A DNA stretch of 10,775 nt. Origin: a virus. The position numbers were made by a program, and so were the translations under genes. Below the pieces are notes generated by a model. The model was given only the letters and a program-made list of their open reading frames with translations, was not told the DNA's origin and searched no databases. Shown one piece after another: positions 1 through 4,050 of this stretch (positions are counted from its first letter, which is position 1; each line of letters opens with the position of its first letter). Location of the stretch: UHGV virus genome UHGV-1753860. The stretch is one strand, 5' to 3'.

Positions 1-97
1 GAATAATTGCGATTTTTTCCTGAGGTGTTTTACGTTTACGCACCTCTTTTCCTAACAAAACGCCAGCCATCTCAAAATTAGAACTAGTGTTAGACAT
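1..97 (-). CDS. IS3-family transposase OrfA (HTH subunit), N-terminal fragment truncated by the window edge
   Basis: Minus-strand ORF from ATG at 97 (alternative ATG at 70) translates MSNTSSNFEMAGVLLGKEVRKRKTPQEKIAII. The basic tract followed by QEKIAI(I/V) matches the N-terminus of IS2 InsC-type OrfA as recalled (..PEKRRRRTTQEKIAIV..). Not in the supplied ORF track because it is shorter than 60 aa inside the window. Confidence 0.5.
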   Translation of the reverse strand, partial: MSNTSSNFEMAGVLLGKEVRKRKTPQEKIAII

Positions 98-161
98 ATA
101 TCCAAGCCTATCTCTTATTTTAAGATACATCTACTGTCTGGTATTTCAGGGGGCCAGCTCA
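1..161 (-). mobile_element. Partial IS3-family insertion sequence (IS2-like), terminal inverted repeat plus start of orfA; element continues beyond the left edge of the window
   Basis: Reverse complement of 131-161 reads TGAGCTGGCCCCCTGAAATACCAGACAGTAG, close to the IS2 left terminal repeat as I recall it (TAGACTGGCCCCCTGAATCTCCAGACAACC). An orfA-like ORF starts 64-91 nt inside the end on the same strand, as in IS2. Confidence 0.6.
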
Positions 162-284
162 CAGGAATGTTGAAAGAGTTCCTACAAGTTCATCGTCATG
201 AACATGGCGAATGAATATTACTTTCCCGTTTTTGATGGTCAGCAATACTCTGGTTTGTTCGTGTTCTGCTGTTTTCTGATGCAT
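162..284 (-). pseudogene. Possible 5' remnant of a gene interrupted by the IS insertion
   Basis: Minus-strand ATG at 284 preceded by GGGAGA with good spacing; 41 sense codons (MHQKTAEHEQTRVLLTIKNGKVIFIRHVHDDELVGTLSTFL) run exactly to the IS terminus. The stop codon TGA (159-161) is supplied by the first bases of the IS inverted repeat. Confidence 0.3.
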
Positions 285-478
285 TATTATCTCCCGTATG
301 CTTTACGCAGAAATAAGCAGGCAATATGCATGTAATTTTCACCGTATTGTGCAATAAGGCAGGCGGTCTTGTGTGATGCCATATTCTTTATAAAAGTCAC
401 AATAAAGCCTCCTGTGGATTAAGGTTGTAACAATCCCCGGCGATAAAACCGCAATAAACGTTCAGGGCATATTTGTTG

Positions 479-844
479 TTATTGCGCTAATTCTTTTTCG
501 GCAGCAGCTTTTGTATACTCACATGCAAAACTCAGAATTTCGCTGCCGAGTGTTTTCGTTTCGTGATTACTGGACATATGTAATACCTGTGTTGCATGCA
601 ATAAATGATAAACATTTACCGCAAATGAATCAGGCTCCAGACAAATGCCTTCGTAATTATCTTGCTGTGAGGTTGTTTCTGTCATTGCTCCTGAAGTGCA
701 TGCGAGCCTGTTTTTGACAATTCTCTTTTCTCTAATCACTATATCGGCAACATCTATTGCCTTTACAACCTCCGGGAGAAGTTCCGGGTTTGTATAATCA
801 AAGTCATCAACATGGAGAACAGTTATGTTTTCGAACTTTTTCAT
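479..844 (-). CDS. Hypothetical protein, 121 aa, no motif I recognise; second gene of the leftward operon downstream of the repressor
   Basis: ORF in supplied track; minus-strand ATG at 844 preceded by GAGGAA Shine-Dalgarno; AT-rich relative to the replication genes; no obvious transmembrane segment or catalytic motif by eye. Confidence 0.6.
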   Translation of the reverse strand: MKKFENITVLHVDDFDYTNPELLPEVVKAIDVADIVIREKRIVKNRLACTSGAMTETTSQQDNYEGICLEPDSFAVNVYHLLHATQVLHMSSNHETKTLGSEILSFACEYTKAAAEKELAQ

Positions 845-972
845 GGCTTCCTCAGCTGACTTATATGTTCTGCTATATAGCGAGTCTCAGAAGTGTTTTC
901 ATATTGAGACTGTTTCCGCAATGATTGATAAAAATGTTCGCATGTACCTTGAAGGGCGAAGCGGCGATTATG

Positions 973-1476
973 TCACCATTGGTATTGGTTCTTCCGCAGA
1001 AGAGCTTCGCGAGATAAGGGGCAAACTTGTTGAGATGCGTCATGGTGTTGCTGCTCCTCACTTTTTGGTTGCTCCGGAGGAGTAACCTCACCAGTTAACA
1101 GCCACATCGGATCGCAGCCAAGAATATTTGCCAGTGGGATAAGCATACTGATAGTTGGTTCATACTCTCCGCTCTCCCACTGGATGATAATTTCTTCATC
1201 GAGATCGAGCAGCCTGGCGAGTTCGGCGGTTGTTAAGCCGCAGGCTTCGCGTTGGGTGCGAAGACGGTTGTTGATTGCAGAATTTTTGTTCTGTAAAAGC
1301 ATTGCTGACGATAGCTTTCTGGATATGCTATTTGTCATATCCCATGCCAGTCCTGCGCATGACTCTATATCGCTAGAGAGCGTAGCATCAGGTGTTGCTT
1401 TTGCTATTAGTGTAATGAGGCTGCCGAGGTTTTTCAGTTCTTCGAGACAGTCAAGAGTTGTAGCTTTATTGATCAT
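973..1476 (-). CDS. HTH-XRE family DNA-binding protein, 167 aa, with N-terminal extension of unknown function and a Pro/Glu/Gln-rich C-terminal tail
   Basis: Central segment RLRTQREACGLTTAELARLLDLDEEIIIQWESGEYEPTISMLIPLANILGCDPMWLL is a classic Cro/C1-type helix-turn-helix. Minus-strand ATG at 1476 with GAGG Shine-Dalgarno 10 nt upstream. First gene after the candidate leftward promoter. Confidence 0.8.
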   Translation of the reverse strand: MINKATTLDCLEELKNLGSLITLIAKATPDATLSSDIESCAGLAWDMTNSISRKLSSAMLLQNKNSAINNRLRTQREACGLTTAELARLLDLDEEIIIQWESGEYEPTISMLIPLANILGCDPMWLLTGEVTPPEQPKSEEQQHHDASQQVCPLSREALLRKNQYQW

Positions 1477-1481
1477 GAGAT

Positions 1482-1559
1482 GATACCTCAGTTACGAACT
1501 TTGTTTTATGGTAACTAAGGTATCAAGGCGTGGCAAGTGATTTTTGATACTTTGGTTTC
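1482..1559 (-). promoter_or_regulatory. oL-like operator cluster (three 14-bp sites) with candidate leftward promoter (pL-like)
   Basis: Sites GATACCTCAGTTAC (1482-1495), GTAACTAAGGTATC (1511-1524, inverted) and GATACTTTGGTTTC (1546-1559) share the motif found in the divergent region next to the repressor start; the third differs at one position from GATACTTTGGGTTC at 2285-2298. On the minus strand TTGCCA (1536-1531), 17-nt spacer, TACCAT (1513-1508) forms a sigma70-like promoter overlapping the middle site; the first site overlaps the ribosome-binding site of the 973-1476 gene. Confidence 0.55.
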
Positions 1560-1579
1560 TTTTTGTGTTTTGTGTCTGG

Positions 1580-2236
1580 TCAGAAAATATCCCACCTGGC
1601 ATCAACCACAACACCTACTATTTCGCAATCATTGTCCATTTCTATGATTGGATATTGTGGATTAAGGGGCTTTAGAAACGCCTTTCCCATGTCAGAAATA
1701 TATTTTTTGAATGTTGCTTCATTGGTAGATTTTTTTCTGGCGATGACGTAACACCCTGAAAAAACTTCTTTATCTGGGTTGACAAGGATCGACATTCCTT
1801 CAGGAAATGTTATTCCTACGGGCGAAGTCATTGAGTCTCCGTGCACTTCCAGCCAGAACCCCCTCTCACCAGCGTATTTTACAGAATGCCTCCAATTATC
1901 CTGATCATACATGTTGTAGTCATCACCAGAAGTTGCGAATAATCCTGCCTGAACCCAGTTAATTACAGGGTAAGAGTGTGCTGTGTCTCTCTGTGGGCAG
2001 CTCTTAACATTATTTTCCCAATGCTTATCTTTTTCATCTCCGTTCTGAAGCCACTGCGGTGAACACCGCAGTGCAGCTGCAACTTTAAAAAGGGTGTCAC
2101 CGTTGAAACTTTTTGTAAGGCCTTGCTCGGCTTTACTGATTGCAACTCTGGTGACCCCAGCTTTTTTAGCCAACGCATCTTGTGTTAACCCAGCTTTTTG
2201 CCGTGCGTTGATGAGACGTTCACCTAAAGACTTCAT
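1580..2236 (-). CDS. cI: Lambda CI-type prophage repressor (N-terminal HTH, C-terminal S24 LexA-like autopeptidase domain)
   Basis: N-terminal HTH (LGERLINARQKAGLTQDALAKKAGVTRVAISKAEQG); C-terminal HGDSM serine motif and ARKK lysine region; C-terminus FKKYISDMGKAFLKPLNPQYPII closely parallels lambda CI [23 protein letters not shown] as recalled. Start placed at ATG 2236 (MKSLGERL) because of the strong AGAGGAG Shine-Dalgarno; the longer track ORF reaching 2311 has no such signal. Confidence 0.93.
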   Translation of the reverse strand: MKSLGERLINARQKAGLTQDALAKKAGVTRVAISKAEQGLTKSFNGDTLFKVAAALRCSPQWLQNGDEKDKHWENNVKSCPQRDTAHSYPVINWVQAGLFATSGDDYNMYDQDNWRHSVKYAGERGFWLEVHGDSMTSPVGITFPEGMSILVNPDKEVFSGCYVIARKKSTNEATFKKYISDMGKAFLKPLNPQYPIIEMDNDCEIVGVVVDARWDIF

Positions 2237-2260
2237 TTTTCTTCTCCTCTCATGGCTGTT

Positions 2261-2330
2261 GATACTAAAGTAACAGAATTTCTTGATACTTTGGGTTCCT
2301 GTGGTTAACATCGTTGGATAACAAAGTATC
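2261..2330. promoter_or_regulatory. oR-like tripartite operator region with candidate divergent promoters (pR rightward, pRM leftward)
   Basis: Three 14-bp sites GATACTAAAGTAAC (2261-2274), GATACTTTGGGTTC (2285-2298), GATAACAAAGTATC (2317-2330) with the same motif as the oL-like cluster. Plus-strand TTGATA (2283-2288), 17 nt, TAACAT (2306-2311) is a plausible pR; a weaker minus-strand -10 (TAGTAT, complement of 2263-2268) could serve the repressor gene. Confidence 0.55.
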
Positions 2331-2347
2331 TGGTGTGAGACTAAAGA

Positions 2348-2575
2348 ATGACCCTTTATGAAATATTAAAAATTCAATTTAAAACCAATGCCGCTATTGG
2401 TCGCAGGTTCCCAAAGAAAGGAAGGCCTCGTGGCAGTCAAGGTGTTGGAAAGTGGAAAACGCGAGGTGTTCCGGAGGATGTTGCCATTCTTTGTCATCTG
2501 GATCCGAGCATTCCATATACACACCCAAGTCTAGCGAATACAGAAGATGACAAGCCCACAGGAGACCAACAATGA
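2348..2575 (+). CDS. Small basic hypothetical protein (75 aa) in the position where cro is expected; coding status uncertain
   Basis: ORF in supplied track begins 18 nt after the last operator site and its stop overlaps the next start (ATGA at 2572-2575), but the Shine-Dalgarno is weak and I see no recognisable Cro-type HTH. Confidence 0.25.
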   Translation: MTLYEILKIQFKTNAAIGRRFPKKGRPRGSQGVGKWKTRGVPEDVAILCHLDPSIPYTHPSLANTEDDKPTGDQQ

Positions 2576-3279
2576 ACACCGCAATTTTTAACGGCAAAGC
2601 ATCCATGACCAGCGTTGAGATCGCAGAGCTGGTGGGAAGCCGACCAGATAGTGTTAAGAGAACTATTGAAACACTGGCTAAAAAGGGAATCATCCAATTT
2701 CCACAGACTGTGGAAATTGAGAATAAACAATCACTTGGGCCTCGCCGATTTTCTAGCGCGTATGTATTCGAAGGTGAACGAGGTAAGCGCGACAGCATCA
2801 TTGTCGTCGCACAGCTCTGTCCTGAATTCACAGCTCGCCTGGTAGATCGCTGGCGCGAACTGGAAGAACAGATCCGTAAGCCAATGAGCGAAATCGAAAT
2901 GGTTGCCGCGATGGCTCTTGAAGCCGTTCGCCAACAGAAACGGATCACTCAGGTGGAAGAAAAAGTCAGCCACGTTGCTGAAACAGTCGAGCAAATTAAA
3001 AAGGGCACTATTCGTGAGGGCTATGCCGGATATCGCCAACTGAAAGCAAAAACCGGTTTGTCAGATGATAAATGCCGCAATCTGGTGAACGCCTATCAAA
3101 TTCCTACAGACACACATGAGTTCATGACGCCGGACGGATTGTTGTCACGTCGCGCAATTGTTGCTGTGGAACCGTTTATGGCTGCTTTTTATCGGGTTAT
3201 GGAGGAAGCAGAACCGCGAGGGACTCGCTGGTATCACCCGAAAATGGGGTTATTTCAGGTTATTGGTTGGCAGCGGTGA
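2572..3279 (+). CDS. Rha-family (KilA-N clan) phage regulatory / antirepressor-like protein, 235 aa
   Basis: N-terminus NGKASMTSVEIAELVGSRPDSVKRTIETL and downstream RLVDRWRELEEQI fit the Rha-domain pattern as recalled (S.EIAEL.G.RHDNV.R.I, DRW.ELE). Strong AGGAGA Shine-Dalgarno 6 nt before ATG 2572. Confidence 0.75.
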   Translation: MNTAIFNGKASMTSVEIAELVGSRPDSVKRTIETLAKKGIIQFPQTVEIENKQSLGPRRFSSAYVFEGERGKRDSIIVVAQLCPEFTARLVDRWRELEEQIRKPMSEIEMVAAMALEAVRQQKRITQVEEKVSHVAETVEQIKKGTIREGYAGYRQLKAKTGLSDDKCRNLVNAYQIPTDTHEFMTPDGLLSRRAIVAVEPFMAAFYRVMEEAEPRGTRWYHPKMGLFQVIGWQR

Positions 3280-3302
3280 AAAAAAGCCGGGAGTAACCCG
3301 GC
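3279..3302 (-). terminator. Intrinsic (rho-independent) terminator for leftward transcription
   Basis: Plus strand reads A7 (3279-3285), GCCGGG (3286-3291), loop AGTAA, CCCGGC (3297-3302). On the minus strand this is a 6-bp GC stem followed by U7. No U-tract follows on the plus strand, so it is oriented for leftward transcripts and abuts the stop codon of the 2572-3279 gene. Confidence 0.6.
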
Positions 3303-3365
3303 TCACTCAACATCAATAACGGGGAGCTGTTTCGCATAAAACGGCTCCGAAACATCCAAGAACAG
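3279..3365 (-). ncRNA. Candidate leftward small RNA (OOP-like position), about 85 nt, ending at the 3279-3302 terminator
   Basis: Minus-strand promoter-like hexamers TTGAAA (complement of 3395-3400), 18-nt spacer, TATCTT (complement of 3371-3376) would start transcription near 3364; the transcript would contain the 3323-3348 hairpin and end at the U7 terminator. No protein-coding capacity. Hypothetical. Confidence 0.25.
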
Positions 3366-3409
3366 TTCTAAAGATATCAGCAGCTATATGATCATTTCAA
3401 GACCAAATA

Positions 3410-3438
3410 TTGATTCTGCAATTTCGGGACGTTAAACT
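3410..3438 (+). promoter_or_regulatory. Candidate sigma70 promoter of small-RNA module 1
   Basis: TTGATT (3410-3415), 17-nt spacer, TAAACT (3433-3438). The same arrangement recurs at 4066-4094 inside a 62-nt block that is 60/62 identical by hand alignment. Confidence 0.5.
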
Positions 3439-3444
3439 GTCTCT

Positions 3445-3521
3445 GCACCTTATAAAGCGGGTGCCGGGGGTCGCAGCCCGGAATTGTCAACGGCGATATA
3501 TGACGCGCCAGCGTCTTTTTT
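3445..3521 (+). ncRNA. Candidate small RNA 1 (about 77 nt): conserved 5' block, hairpin, single-stranded seed GUCAACGG, intrinsic terminator
   Basis: Predicted start G3445; hairpin CCGGG/CCCGG (3464-3481); seed GTCAACGG (3486-3493); terminator GACGC-GCCA-GCGTC followed by T6 (3502-3521). Seed is perfectly complementary to CCGTTGAC at 3590-3597 and identical to GTCAACGG at 3669-3676, which overlaps the GGAGG ribosome-binding site of the Rha gene at 3688. Confidence 0.5.
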
Positions 3522-3687
3522 ATCGTCCGCGCTCACGCACGCCAGAATTATGGTGGGCTGGGCAGGGGAGCCGAAAGGCTCGCCGGTCTCCGTTGACGCC
3601 GGTACTGCGAACCCTGTTCAGTCTGCCACCAGTGAGTTTCGCAGCTCCGGTGGTGGAAGTTTTTCACTGTCAACGGAGGCTGCCATC

Positions 3688-4050
3688 ATGGCTACTGTCC
3701 TAACTTCCCCATTCCTAAAAATCGAAGTCGTCAACGGCAAGGCCGTTATTTTCTCCCTGCATGTTGCCTGCCATTTCAAGCGCATGCACCAGAACATCGT
3801 TGACAAAATCGAGTATCTGAACTGCTCACGCGAGTTTTTTACCCGCAATTTCATACCGGGTACTTATCACATCTACGGTGACTCCCTGCGTGGTTATTAC
3901 ATCACCCTTGATGGTCTGATGATGCTTCAGCTTGGGTTAAGTCTGCGCACAATGCGGTACTACGAGAGCTGTATTGAAGCATTCCATGAGGCTGAAACCG
4001 TCCAGGGTCACTCCGCGTTCCGTCGTAATCAACGGGAGGTGCACCTATGA
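3688..4050 (+). CDS. Rha-family phage regulatory protein (short, about 120 aa, Rha domain only)
   Basis: MATVLTSPFLKIEVVNGKAVIFSLHVACHFKRMHQNIVDKIEYL fits the Rha N-terminal pattern. ATG 3688 has GGAGG 9 nt upstream. The supplied track extends the frame to a TTG at 3484, but that start has no ribosome-binding site. Confidence 0.75.
   Translation: MATVLTSPFLKIEVVNGKAVIFSLHVACHFKRMHQNIVDKIEYLNCSREFFTRNFIPGTYHIYGDSLRGYYITLDGLMMLQLGLSLRTMRYYESCIEAFHEAETVQGHSAFRRNQREVHL

Noticed and set aside
511-1483. Plus-strand ORFs 511-717, 825-1085 and 1184-1483, and minus-strand ORF 873-1091
   Set aside because: Shadow frames of the two minus-strand cassette genes and their spacer; no ribosome-binding sites and they conflict with the better-supported genes.
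2237-2311. The 25-codon upstream extension of the repressor ORF (start at 2311)
   Set aside because: The internal ATG at 2236 has a strong AGAGGAG Shine-Dalgarno and yields a typical CI N-terminus; the extension would run through the operator region.
2394-3039. Minus-strand ORFs 2394-2948, 2494-2730 and 2731-3039, and plus-strand ORF 2615-2845
   Set aside because: They overlap the Rha-like gene at 2572-3279 in other frames or on the other strand and lack independent support.
3410-3703. 97-aa Arg-rich ORF 3410-3703 overlapping small-RNA module 1
   Set aside because: The nucleotide block conserved with copy 2 is read in a different frame there, so the conservation is not protein-level; there is no ribosome-binding site, and it is better explained as promoter plus structured RNA.
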